Assembly: GCA_002840365.1 (NCBI GenBank) | Contig: PHAO01000001.1 | Location: forward strand, 524,360-588,359 | DNA from: Candidatus Dojkabacteria bacterium HGW-Dojkabacteria-1 | Lineage (GTDB): Bacteria > Patescibacteriota > Dojkabacteria > SC72 | DNA length: 64,000 bases | Reading direction: 5' to 3' | Shown: in pieces, positions 17,714 through 27,403 of the stretch | Layout: each line of letters starts with the position of its first letter | Position numbering within the stretch: position 1 is the first letter of the stretch | The notes under the pieces: model-generated | Database searches by the model: none | What the model was told of the DNA's origin: nothing | Seen by the model: the letters and a program-made list of their open reading frames with translations, nothing else | Made by a program: the position numbers and the translations under genes

Positions 17714-20299
17714 TTATTTCTTACCAAGTATTAATTTCGCTTCTTCATCAGATACTAGTTTTCTACTTTCTTTGATATCTTGATAGTTTACAGATATACC
17801 ATATACACCTGCTTGTACACAGTACTTTATCAAATCCCTGTTGTTCTCAGCGATAACGATTACCTGCCTAGAGGTATTTCTAGTAATATCCTTTAGAGCA
17901 TCAACTATCTTAAATGAGCTATTGATACCAAGATTGTACTTAGCATCTACTTCATCCATTCCAAAGCCCTGCATTACTCTTACTATTCTAGGCATATTTA
18001 GGACAACACCATCTATTTTTGATTCAAAGATTTCGTCAGCTAGTATTACCTCAGTAGGATTATCTATTATTGCATATATTCCAAAAGTAGAGGTTCTCCT
18101 TAAACCTGAAGCTGAAAGGCTCTTTTTGAAATCCTTCATAAAGGAACCATTCATAGGGGAGTGCATCGCTATATGAACATTTCTTTTTTTGTAAACATTT
18201 CTCACTCTTCTCACAATCATTAATACCCTCTTAAGAAGCTCTTTGTTTGCCATGTAATGGGGCAACCCATGTACTGAATTATCTATATCATGAGCTTCAA
18301 ATTCCTTTCCTCTTGTAAGTGCTCTGAATTCACCAATTGTACTTGATCCGATTGAAAGTATTACTTGATTACCCTGTGCTAAGTCAACTATTTCACAAAT
18401 CTTTTCAGATATATCTTTGGAATATTCAACAAATTTCTTGTCTTCAACAAAGGCAAGGGTATGTCTTCCTACTGAAAGTAGTATTCTATCCAAATCTACA
18501 TATACAAGACCATGAGAATTACCAACGTAATCAACCATCTCATTTACTTTCCCGGTTGGATTTACAAATACCTTTGTAGCCGAAGGGGCTAGGGACATAT
18601 CTTTTGGTATTTTCAAACCAGATGCTTCTTCTACCTTCACAGGTTCTGCTTGTACACTCCTTAACAAATCAATACCAGCTAAATCCTCCTCTTTATATGC
18701 TTCTACAACTGGATGTTGTAGGGTAGATTCCTTGCTCTCTACCTGCTCTTTGACCTCTTCACTTCTCTCTTTGTATACACTTCCGCTATTGCCATCTATC
18801 CTTACAATATCTCCATTTTTTAATATACTAGAAGCATTCTCAGTGCCAACAATAGCGGGAATATCAAACTCTCTACAAAGGATTGCGGTATCACTTGTTA
18901 CTCCACCTGTGTCCATGATTACACCACCACAGTGAACTATCAAAGCTTCCATTTCAGATGCGTATTTTTTAATAACGAGAATATCATTCTTACTAATAGC
19001 AATATCCTTATCATTTTCTAAAAGAATTACTTTTCCAACAGCTTGACCAAAACTTGCACCAATACCTGAAACAAGTAAATCCTCTTTTTTCTCTGCCATT
19101 GTTACATTTTCAACCTTTGGTTTACTTGCAACTTGATTCTTAGCAATATTGATAAGTTTTTCTGTTAAAGAAGGTGTATGCTTGTTACCTTGTACTATCT
19201 TTCTTGCATGTTCAACTGCTTTACTTTCTAACATTCCAATACCAGAGTATTTATCTATTGTCCATTTAAGAACTTCGGCCAAAGTATCAAAATCTCTATT
19301 ATCAATAACTACTGCTGGTTCATATGATTTCTCATAAAGATCCTTACTCTGAAGTATCCAAATCTTACCACCTGCTAATACCCATTCAATATTTTGTGCT
19401 AATCGAACTTTGTTCTCAACAATTAATGCAATCTTAGATATTTCTTTCAAATACTTATCTTCAACCTTCTGCCTATGACTCCAGTTATTTGAAATTCTGA
19501 TCTTTTGTACTGCAGGTTTACCATTAGTAGCACTCATCATTCTTACTTTCATCCATTCTTGAGGGGCAATTCTCTTTTCTAATATATTCAAATCTTTCTT
19601 GTTAAGAAGATATGTATCTGGAGTTAATTCTCCGAGAGAAATTGTCTCTCCTAAACCGAATACAGCCTCTATACTTAACTTGCTTGGATCTTGAGTAATA
19701 GGGTCAACAGTAAATGCGACTCCAGAGACTTCGGCTTGGACCATTCTTTGGACTACTATTGCCAATCTTACATCTGAGAGATTTATCCCCTTTGATGCCG
19801 CATATGCAACTACATCATCTGTAAAGAGTGATGCATAGATTCTCTTAATCGAATCTATTAAGTTTCTCACTCCTCTTACGTTTAATTCTGTAGAAAATAC
19901 CCCACTAAAAGATACTTCTGGGGCAGAAGGAAATACTACAGAAGATCTTACAGATACCCATGCATCAGTAAATCCTGAAAGTCTTGTATATGCAGTTACT
20001 AATTCCTCAAGAAATCCTTCTTCAAAGTCTGTTTTAGAAAAAGAAGCAACTATTTCAGATTCTTCGGGATTTCTACCTCCCTCTAACAATTTTTCAGAAT
20101 CTCTTAGAAGAGCTAAAGAGACAAATTTATCAAATACAGATGAGGAAACAACGAAATATTCTGGTATAGGGACATCCATATCTTTAAGTTGGAAAAGACT
20201 CAAACCTTTTCTTCCAACGGAGGATTCTTTTAGATTTTTAAATTGGAAATCTTCCCAATAGTAGATAGACCTGTTTATTTTCGAAGCAGTAGATGACAT
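17714..20299 (-). CDS. PEP synthase / pyruvate,water dikinase-like protein with degenerate catalytic motifs
   Basis: GRKGLSL, VRSS, VQRMV, SGVAFT, FGLGE, IEW; swivel domain GGVTSDTAILCREFDIPAIVG..IDG..G.V. Confidence 0.8.
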   Translation of the reverse strand: MSSTASKINRSIYYWEDFQFKNLKESSVGRKGLSLFQLKDMDVPIPEYFVVSSSVFDKFVSLALLRDSEKLLEGGRNPEESEIVASFSKTDFEEGFLEELVTAYTRLSGFTDAWVSVRSSVVFPSAPEVSFSGVFSTELNVRGVRNLIDSIKRIYASLFTDDVVAYAASKGINLSDVRLAIVVQRMVQAEVSGVAFTVDPITQDPSKLSIEAVFGLGETISLGELTPDTYLLNKKDLNILEKRIAPQEWMKVRMMSATNGKPAVQKIRISNNWSHRQKVEDKYLKEISKIALIVENKVRLAQNIEWVLAGGKIWILQSKDLYEKSYEPAVVIDNRDFDTLAEVLKWTIDKYSGIGMLESKAVEHARKIVQGNKHTPSLTEKLINIAKNQVASKPKVENVTMAEKKEDLLVSGIGASFGQAVGKVILLENDKDIAISKNDILVIKKYASEMEALIVHCGGVIMDTGGVTSDTAILCREFDIPAIVGTENASSILKNGDIVRIDGNSGSVYKERSEEVKEQVESKESTLQHPVVEAYKEEDLAGIDLLRSVQAEPVKVEEASGLKIPKDMSLAPSATKVFVNPTGKVNEMVDYVGNSHGLVYVDLDRILLSVGRHTLAFVEDKKFVEYSKDISEKICEIVDLAQGNQVILSIGSSTIGEFRALTRGKEFEAHDIDNSVHGLPHYMANKELLKRVLMIVRRVRNVYKKRNVHIAMHSPMNGSFMKDFKKSLSASGLRRTSTFGIYAIIDNPTEVILADEIFESKIDGVVLNMPRIVRVMQGFGMDEVDAKYNLGINSSFKIVDALKDITRNTSRQVIVIAENNRDLIKYCVQAGVYGISVNYQDIKESRKLVSDEEAKLILGKK

Positions 20300-20322
20300 T
20301 TCAAGGGCAGTTATATTAACTA

Positions 20323-21480
20323 CTAAATGCTACCTTTAGCCTTCAGTTTTTGCAAGTCTATGTAGAACTCATAGCATATACGAAGTATTACAATAGCGGG
20401 AACCGCAAGTACTGCACCCCATACTCCAAAGAGTATGAAAAAAGATGCTGCAGTAAACATGACAAAGATTGGTTTTAATCCCATAACATTTCCCATTACT
20501 TTAGGGATAATGATATTGTTCTCTATTTGTTGATATATGAAAAACAGGACAATAATAATTAATGCTGTAACAGGACCATGTATTACTAATGCTACAAATA
20601 GTGGGGGAATTGCACCAAGAGTTGCACCAAGAGTTGGTATTGCTGACATCAATGCCACGAATACTCCCATAGGGAGTGCAAATGGAACTTTTAGGACTAC
20701 AAGTATTACTCCCATCGTTATACCAGCTATTGTACTTACCAATGCTTGTCCTAATAACCATCTTCCAAGCTTATGTTCTACATCTAATATTAATTTCTTT
20801 ACTCTGTTTCTTTTTGTATCTGATGTAATCCTAATTAATCCAAGCTCTAAGATATTGTCATGATCAATTACTAGATATATAGAGAATATGATACATGCTA
20901 ATACAAGGGCTGTTGAACTAAAGAGCGCTCCAATAGTACTAGCAATATTTTCAAAACTCTCAAACATACTTAATCTTTCGATAAAGTCGGTAGTCATTTT
21001 GTTAATAAGGGTAGGATCTACTATATATCCGAAGATATTAATCTCCTCAAAATCTGAAGTTAAAGTCTTTATCCAACCTGGAATTGCTCTAATCAATCCA
21101 TCTATTTGATCTATAAAGGGTAATATTACAACAGAAATAATTGCGGTAAGCAGGATAATACCCAGGAGATATGTAAAGAAAACAGAGAGACCTTTACTCA
21201 ATTTTTTTGACATAAGATAGGAAACAATTGGTCTAGCTGCTGACATAAATACAAATCCACCGAATAGGAATATAAATACTGTTAGAAGTTGCTCACCCAA
21301 AAATGCTACCATTAGAGCTAGTACAACTAGTAATACTAATTTCCAGGAAAACTCAACCACAATAACAGGTTTAGGAGATTCTTTCTTCTGTTTATACTTC
21401 TCTATCTCTTGTAGCTCTTTAATAATATCTACTTCTTTTTCTTCAGTTTTGCGAGAATTCATATTGAATGTCTTTGACAT
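20323..21480 (-). CDS. AI-2E (PerM/UPF0118) family transporter
   Basis: Multi-TM; WLLGQ, IPTLGA, YQQIENNIIIPKVMG, GVWGAVLAVP. Confidence 0.9.
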   Translation of the reverse strand: MSKTFNMNSRKTEEKEVDIIKELQEIEKYKQKKESPKPVIVVEFSWKLVLLVVLALMVAFLGEQLLTVFIFLFGGFVFMSAARPIVSYLMSKKLSKGLSVFFTYLLGIILLTAIISVVILPFIDQIDGLIRAIPGWIKTLTSDFEEINIFGYIVDPTLINKMTTDFIERLSMFESFENIASTIGALFSSTALVLACIIFSIYLVIDHDNILELGLIRITSDTKRNRVKKLILDVEHKLGRWLLGQALVSTIAGITMGVILVVLKVPFALPMGVFVALMSAIPTLGATLGAIPPLFVALVIHGPVTALIIIVLFFIYQQIENNIIIPKVMGNVMGLKPIFVMFTAASFFILFGVWGAVLAVPAIVILRICYEFYIDLQKLKAKGSI

Positions 21481-21522
21481 ACTTAAAGGGTATTAATTAA
21501 TGCCTAGATTATAACATTTTAG

Positions 21523-22605
21523 CTATTTAGTATTCAATTTCCCTCGAGGGATAAGGTAAGAGGCAATAAAGGATGTAATAGGGACAATGAGAAGTATTCC
21601 TGTGCTTGCCGCAAGAGTTCTTACAATCTCCTCTGCAATTGCATCTGTTCTCAAAATATTACCTATACCACCACTGTTGTAAGTTAGAAGAATTACTAGT
21701 GCAAAACTAGAACCAGCATAAGCAATAAAGAGTGTATTAACCATTGAAGACAGATGATCCTTACCAATATTCATTGCTTGAGAAAACAGTTTCCTACTTG
21801 AAAGGGTAGGGTTTGCAAGATGTAATTCTTGAATAGATGATACTTGGCTCATTACAACATCATCTAACACACCAACAGCACCTATTAAAATACTGATAAA
21901 GAAAACTGCAGCTAAATCTATACTACCTCCAGTTTGACTAAGTAACAAAAATGCCTCTTCACTACCTGATCCATCAACACGAACCATTGAGATAAATAAT
22001 TTAGCAAGAAGAGCAACGATTACTACACCGATTAGGGTAGAAAGTACTGCGATACTACTCTTCCTATTAAACCCATGCGATACATACATTATCATAACCA
22101 ATGTAATAGATACTGTTACTACTCCAATGAGGAGTACATCTCCTCCATCCAGTATTCTTGGTATAGCCCATCCATAAAGAATCATTACTGTAAAAGCGAG
22201 ACTTAATAACGAACCAAACCCCTGTCTTTTACCAATTATGATAGCTGCTAATGCAAATATCACTACCATTATTAATATAGCTCCCTCCCTTACAAATCCT
22301 GTAATAGCCCAACTCTCATAGTCAAACCCATCGGTCATATACGTTGTATACACCCTATCTCCAATATTAAATTTTGATTTCCCATCTTCAGATAGAATAG
22401 GAATAGAAGTTCTTACACTTTCATCAGTTTCATCAATCCTGATTAAGTACTCAAAACAGGTATATCCATCATCTAATACATCAGAGCATGGAACATTAAA
22501 AACCTCCTCAACAACTCCCTTAAAAGTTTCTTCTGTTTCTTGGGCATAGATATTTAATGGAAAAAGAAACAGGAAAAGTGTAAACAATATTGTTGTAATT
22601 TTCAT
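21523..22605 (-). CDS. YibE/F family membrane protein
   Basis: GAVGVLDDV, MNIGKDHLSSMVNTLFIAYAGSS, EEIVRTL. Start placed at ATG 22605, 6 nt after TATAAT. Confidence 0.9.
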   Translation of the reverse strand: MKITTILFTLFLFLFPLNIYAQETEETFKGVVEEVFNVPCSDVLDDGYTCFEYLIRIDETDESVRTSIPILSEDGKSKFNIGDRVYTTYMTDGFDYESWAITGFVREGAILIMVVIFALAAIIIGKRQGFGSLLSLAFTVMILYGWAIPRILDGGDVLLIGVVTVSITLVMIMYVSHGFNRKSSIAVLSTLIGVVIVALLAKLFISMVRVDGSGSEEAFLLLSQTGGSIDLAAVFFISILIGAVGVLDDVVMSQVSSIQELHLANPTLSSRKLFSQAMNIGKDHLSSMVNTLFIAYAGSSFALVILLTYNSGGIGNILRTDAIAEEIVRTLAASTGILLIVPITSFIASYLIPRGKLNTK

Positions 22606-22618
22606 AAACCCATTATAC

Positions 22619-22643
22619 AAAAAAAGAGGGGCATATGCCCCTC
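22619..22643 (-). terminator. Rho-independent terminator
   Basis: GAGGGGC-ATAT-GCCCCTC stem followed on the minus strand by a T7 tract. Confidence 0.8.
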
Positions 22644-22661
22644 CTAACGAATTCTTTCTAA

Positions 22662-23588
22662 CTATCTTTCTTTCTTGTACATATATACAAAGCTAGTACC
22701 AAATGCCACAATTGCAATCAATCCAAATATTAACATTAGTTGATTACCAAAGAGAGCATCTAATTCTCCAGATGCCTGAGGAATATCTCCATCTACCACA
22801 GCATCACCATTTACATCTCCTGCAGGATTGTAAGTTACACGAATTTTTTCTTCTAATGTAATTTCATTACCCGCTTGATCTTTAATAGACATTGTAAATA
22901 CATTTCTTCCTTCCTCTAATTCAATACCTTCCAATCTAAATTCTCCTTCAGAGCTAGCTATTGTCTCATAACTAAGTATTCCTCTCTTTACAATTATTGT
23001 ACTTAAAGGTTCGGCTGTTCCTGCAATCACAAATGTCTCTTTGTTTGTTTCCTCACCATATTTGAATTCTACTGCTTCAGGATCTGGGTCTGTCCAGTCT
23101 ACAGCAGCCATTTTTACTTCACTTCTTGGTCCCATAACCCTATTTGGGAAACCTTTCACACCTGCAACATTAATTGCATATTCGCCTTCATTCTCTACTG
23201 TATATTCATATGAGAAGTTTGCTTCCCCATCAACCTTTGCACTTCCGACCTTAACATCATTAACATATACAAAGACATCGTCAAAGCCCTCAGCACTTCC
23301 TCTTATTAATATCTTGTCACCATTTGTAAGAGAAGTAACTTCACTCAATACAGGAGCCTCTAAATCAATATCGATTGCAGGCTCTTCTCTAAATCTAATA
23401 AAGGAATATATTCCGAATGCAACAAGCAATACTCCAAGACCAATAAAGATAGATCCAACAATTCTGGACATCTTTTCTTGATTCCTTTCAGGTTGCTTTA
23501 TCTCAACCTTACTTTTCATATTTTCTTGTTTCTGTTGCTTAGCAACATCTGTTTGGGCAGCACTTTTTGTATTTTTTTTCTTAGCCAC
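22662..23588 (-). CDS. membrane protein with two Ig-like domains and a C-terminal sorting-signal-like tail
   Basis: N-terminal TM; Ig-like repeats (G.AE...V, G.F...L.EG.N); C-terminal IPQASG, then TM, then KKER. Confidence 0.7.
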   Translation of the reverse strand: MAKKKNTKSAAQTDVAKQQKQENMKSKVEIKQPERNQEKMSRIVGSIFIGLGVLLVAFGIYSFIRFREEPAIDIDLEAPVLSEVTSLTNGDKILIRGSAEGFDDVFVYVNDVKVGSAKVDGEANFSYEYTVENEGEYAINVAGVKGFPNRVMGPRSEVKMAAVDWTDPDPEAVEFKYGEETNKETFVIAGTAEPLSTIIVKRGILSYETIASSEGEFRLEGIELEEGRNVFTMSIKDQAGNEITLEEKIRVTYNPAGDVNGDAVVDGDIPQASGELDALFGNQLMLIFGLIAIVAFGTSFVYMYKKER

Positions 23589-23678
23589 TCCAACCTATAT
23601 TAAAATTTATATACTCATATACTGATAGAATAGAATAAAATTTTACAGAGTGCAAGAAAAATATATAATATATATATT

Positions 23679-24377
23679 ATGCTCAAGAAGAAACTCTTAA
23701 AAATCTCTATTACAACAGTACTTTTGTTGTTTTTTCTCATTCCTCTTTTTGTATTTCTCATATACCCAAATTACAATCAAATTGTTGGACCTATAAAGAG
23801 ATTAAATATACAAAGAAGTACGGAAGAATTCACATTCCAAGTCCTCACTATGATATCTCCACCCAAGGACAGAGTAATGGGAATTTCAGATACAACAAGT
23901 ACAAGTGGGAGCATAGAAGAGAGTCTTGGAACAAATTTTAAACTTGAACAAAAAATTTTAGAAGAACTAAAAACAAAGATTAAGATATCCTCAATAGAGG
24001 TTGAAGGATATATCTTTGAAGGAACAGATGCAAAAACAATGGATACTGGTTTTTGGCATTTTCCAATATCACATCATCCAGGACAAAGAGGAAACTCTGT
24101 AATAATTGGGCACAGGTATGCCAAACTTCCACCGGACAAAGATACTTTTTTTAATCTAGATAAGGTAAAAATTGGTGATAGGATTACTGTCGAACAATAC
24201 AATAACTCCTTTACATACATTATCACTGATACAAAGGTCGTAGAAAAGAATGATATCTCTGTGTTACAAAACTACGATGATTACAGAATAACATTGATAA
24301 CATGTACTCCGCTTTGGACAGCAGATCAAAGACTTGTCATAATAGGAAAGCTGGACAAATTGTACAAAAACACTTAA
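23679..24377 (+). CDS. sortase (class D/E-like)
   Basis: N-terminal TM; PGQRGNSVIIGHR, TLITCTP and RLVI supply the His/Cys/Arg triad. Confidence 0.92.
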   Translation: MLKKKLLKISITTVLLLFFLIPLFVFLIYPNYNQIVGPIKRLNIQRSTEEFTFQVLTMISPPKDRVMGISDTTSTSGSIEESLGTNFKLEQKILEELKTKIKISSIEVEGYIFEGTDAKTMDTGFWHFPISHHPGQRGNSVIIGHRYAKLPPDKDTFFNLDKVKIGDRITVEQYNNSFTYIITDTKVVEKNDISVLQNYDDYRITLITCTPLWTADQRLVIIGKLDKLYKNT

Positions 24378-24414
24378 AATTCAATACTTTTAAATAATCT
24401 TTAGATATTTTTTG

Positions 24415-25458
24415 ATGAACGACTTCTATACAAGAAAGGATGTTAATGATCATACAGTAGATATAACCATTACTATTCCAAAAGACAATTTTAAACATTC
24501 ATATGATCTTTTAGTAAAAGACTATGCAAAGGATACTGATATAAAGGGTTTTAGAAAGGGGAAAGTTCCTACAGATTTAATTAGTAATCAAATGAGAGAG
24601 GTAATAAAACTTGAGACATTTGAAAGAGTTGCTCCTCTTTACATAAATACAGCACTTAACAAGGAAAGTCTTGAGCCAATTGCTCCTCCAGAGTACACAG
24701 ATATTCCAAAACTTCTTGATGATTTAGATGTTTCTTTCACAATAAAAGTAACTTTAATGCCTAAATTTAAATTAGGAGATGTAAGTAAGATAAAGATTAA
24801 GAAAGAAAAGTTAGCAGTAGAAGAGAAGGAAGTAGAGAGTGCAGTTGAGGAGCTTAAGAATACTCAACAAACTAAAGAGAAAGATGTTAATGATAAATGG
24901 GCACAAGAGGTTGCAAAAATAATTAATGCAGAAGATGTAAAAAGTCTAAAAGATTTAAGAATAAAAATTAAGGATGCTCTACAGAAGCAGAAAGATCACT
25001 ACCAACTTCATCAATTACAAGATGAGGCATTAAGAAAAGGTATAGAGATATCAAAAATAGAAATACCCGAACCAGCTATTAAGTTTGAAGCTAGTGAAAG
25101 AGAAAAAGCCTTTGTAGAAGACATGAAAAATAGGGGAGTTAAGATTGAGGACTTCCTTAAGGCAAACAATATAACCATTGAGAAAATGAGAGAGCTCTGG
25201 ATGAAGGATGCAAAGGATGCACTTGAAGCAGACACATTTTTAAATTTGTATTCAAGAGAAAAGAGTGTAGAGATAACTGATGAAGAATTAGAAAAAAAGA
25301 TAGAAGCAATAAAGGCAAGTCAACCGAATGCTGATAAAAGTATATTTAGTAATCCTCAATGGAAAGAGTATATTAAAAATGTAGAGAGAAAAGAGAAAGG
25401 TTTTAGACTTTTTGTAGAAGAAGTCTTAGGTAAAGATTTCTTAGATGAGCATAACTAA
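24415..25458 (+). CDS. tig: trigger factor (short form apparently lacking the FKBP PPIase domain)
   Basis: Ribosome-binding loop GFRKGKVP; directly upstream of clpP. Confidence 0.88.
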   Translation: MNDFYTRKDVNDHTVDITITIPKDNFKHSYDLLVKDYAKDTDIKGFRKGKVPTDLISNQMREVIKLETFERVAPLYINTALNKESLEPIAPPEYTDIPKLLDDLDVSFTIKVTLMPKFKLGDVSKIKIKKEKLAVEEKEVESAVEELKNTQQTKEKDVNDKWAQEVAKIINAEDVKSLKDLRIKIKDALQKQKDHYQLHQLQDEALRKGIEISKIEIPEPAIKFEASEREKAFVEDMKNRGVKIEDFLKANNITIEKMRELWMKDAKDALEADTFLNLYSREKSVEITDEELEKKIEAIKASQPNADKSIFSNPQWKEYIKNVERKEKGFRLFVEEVLGKDFLDEHN

Positions 25459-25477
25459 TATTTAAGTAAATATTACA

Positions 25478-26065
25478 ATGTCTCTTTTAATACCAATGGT
25501 TGTTGAAAAAGATAGGGAAGGAGAGAGAGCATATGATATATACTCTAGACTTTTAAAAGATAGAATCGTTTTTGTTAGTGGCCCTATAGAGACAGATATG
25601 GCTAATACTGTTGTAGCACAGCTTCTCTTTTTAGAAAAAGAGAATCCTGATGAAGATATCCAAATGTTTATTAACTCCCCAGGTGGTGTAATAAACGCAG
25701 GGATGGCAATATTAGATACAATGAACTATATCAAGTGTGATGTATCTACAATAGCGGTAGGTTTAGCAGCATCGATGGGTTCATTCTTGCTAGCACATGG
25801 TACAAAAGGTAAAAGATATGCATTACCAAATAGCAAGATACATATTCATCAGCCACTTGGTGGAGTAGAAGGACAAGCTAGTGATATAGCAATTGAAGCT
25901 CAAGAGATATTAAAGATAAGAGAGAAGCTTTACAAAATGTTAGCTAAGCAAACAGGGCAGAGTATGAAACAAATAGAGAAAGATGCAGATAGGGACAAAT
26001 ACTTTACAGCTGATGAAGCAAAAGAGTATGGTTTAGTAGATAAAGTTATTACAAAAAGAGAATAA
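25478..26065 (+). CDS. clpP: ATP-dependent Clp protease proteolytic subunit
   Basis: [33 protein letters not shown]. Confidence 0.98.
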   Translation: MSLLIPMVVEKDREGERAYDIYSRLLKDRIVFVSGPIETDMANTVVAQLLFLEKENPDEDIQMFINSPGGVINAGMAILDTMNYIKCDVSTIAVGLAASMGSFLLAHGTKGKRYALPNSKIHIHQPLGGVEGQASDIAIEAQEILKIREKLYKMLAKQTGQSMKQIEKDADRDKYFTADEAKEYGLVDKVITKRE

Positions 26066-26568
26066 TGTTTAGGTCAACAGATCCAATACATGATAATGCA
26101 AGAGAAAGAGCAATTGAGTTTGTACGTTCCCAAATTATTAACATGATTGAAAATGGGGATGAGGGAGATGTCGTAGATGCAATAGTTCAAGAGATTTCTC
26201 TAAGCGATATCTACACATATATGACCTATCTTAAAACAGATCAAAGTCTTCCCTTTAAATTACCATTAATAAGGTATGCAAATATAACAGATGAGAATCA
26301 ATATGCAATGGTTTGTGATTATGTAAGTGCATATAGAACAGAACTTCCGCCTAGAGATATGAGAAGGGTATACTTTATTGAGACTGCAGATTTCGCGATT
26401 ACCTTTATTCCTATACAATTAGATGGGGAGGAGATAAATATTCATATAGAGCCTCTTGATTGTTCTCCTGACTTTATACTTGAGATGTGGGATAAAGTTA
26501 GCAATCCAAAAAGTCTAGATGATATTGAGTGGGTTAAATTTGATAATATAGATGGTGAGGGCGATTAG
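26065..26568 (+). CDS. hypothetical acidic protein
   Basis: 167-aa ORF coupled to clpP by a TAATG overlap; its stop lies inside the tRNA 5' end. Confidence 0.6.
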   Translation: MFRSTDPIHDNARERAIEFVRSQIINMIENGDEGDVVDAIVQEISLSDIYTYMTYLKTDQSLPFKLPLIRYANITDENQYAMVCDYVSAYRTELPPRDMRRVYFIETADFAITFIPIQLDGEEINIHIEPLDCSPDFILEMWDKVSNPKSLDDIEWVKFDNIDGEGD

Positions 26569-26635
26569 CTCAGCTGGTTAGAGCATCACATTGACATTGT
26601 GAAGGTCACAGGTTCGAGTCCCGTATCGCCCACCA
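26559..26635 (+). tRNA. tRNA-Val(GAC)
   Basis: GGGCGAT/ATCGCCC acceptor stem, D-arm GCTC..GAGC, anticodon arm TCACA-TTGACAT-TGTGA, GGTTCGAGTCC T-arm, encoded CCA. Confidence 0.95.
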
Positions 26636-26684
26636 CTTTCCACCAATATTGTATAATTCTTTATTAATATATTTTTTTGTTTAT

Positions 26685-26966
26685 ATGGACGAACTTCAAC
26701 TTAAAGTTAAGAAGATGTACAAAGATAATGGATGAGATACCGCTCCTGAATTATTACTTATCGCTATGCAAGAAGAATTGGGAGAAATAAGTGGAAGATT
26801 TTTAGCAGAACACCCAGGATACAAAAAAAGTCTTGGTGATACCGATCCTATTCCAGAAGAGATTGGAGATTTAATCACACTGATATTTGCATTTTGTAAT
26901 AAAATGGATATTAATCCAGAGGAGTGGGTTAACAACACTATTCAGAAAAGAAGTAAACAAGGGTAG
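26685..26966 (+). pseudogene. MazG-like nucleotide pyrophosphohydrolase interrupted by an in-frame TGA
   Basis: MDELQLKVKKMYKDNG*DTAPELLLIAMQEELGEIS...EEIGDL with TGA at 26733-26735; EExGE and EExGD motifs present. Confidence 0.7.
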
Positions 26967-26971
26967 CTCTA

Positions 26972-27006
26972 TTTTTAAGTTTCATGCCAGAAAGTGTAGC
27001 CTACCA
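26972..27006 (+). repeat. 35-bp att-like direct repeat R1
   Basis: TTTTTAAGTTTCATGCCAGAAAGTGTAGCCTACCA; 29/35 identical to R2 and 30/35 to R3. Confidence 0.9.
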
Positions 27007-27020
27007 TTTCCCTTAATATC

Positions 27021-27049
27021 TTGATTTAACAACAGATTTTATATACAAT
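27021..27049 (+). promoter_or_regulatory. sigma70-type promoter of cassette 2
   Basis: TTGATT-17 nt-TACAAT, starting 14 nt after R1. Confidence 0.55.
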
Positions 27050-27110
27050 AAAGTGCTGAAGTAGCTATGCTACGTTCTTTCAAAACTGGGTCCAAAGAAA
27101 GGAGATTACC

Positions 27111-27332
27111 ATGGGTCCCAAAGATCGCAAAACCGTTGAACGAGAAGATAAAGATGGCTGGAAGCATAGCACCACCTATGACCCTGAAACCAATAATCGC
27201 TGGAGTGTAGATTATAAAGATACAGGTCTTGGTGGAGTCGGGTCAAACTGGTTTGAAGTTAAAAATGCACATCACACAGATCAGGATGACAACACCCATG
27301 ACGACAATGTTCGTTTTGGAGAATCTACTTAG
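27111..27332 (+). CDS. hypothetical 73-aa hydrophilic protein
   Basis: Strong AAAGGAG RBS, its own promoter, and a long downstream hairpin. Confidence 0.7.
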   Translation: MGPKDRKTVEREDKDGWKHSTTYDPETNNRWSVDYKDTGLGGVGSNWFEVKNAHHTDQDDNTHDDNVRFGEST

Positions 27333-27347
27333 TTTTCTTTTTACCCA

Positions 27348-27394
27348 GAAGAGAGGAGTCTTCACACTGTTTTTAAACAGAAACTCCTCTCTTC
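27348..27394 (+). terminator. long hairpin (terminator or processing stem)
   Basis: GAAGAGAGGAGT/ACTCCTCTCTTC 12-bp inverted repeat with an inner CTGTTT/AAACAG stem, followed by ACTTTATT. Confidence 0.65.
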
Positions 27395-27403
27395 ACTTTA
27401 TTA

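Noticed and set aside
26733-26735. Genome-wide TGA recoding (code 4 or 25) or selenocysteine
   Set aside because: TGA terminates several genes in ATGA overlaps, long genes have no internal TGA, and the nearby structured RNA shows no TCA anticodon loop.
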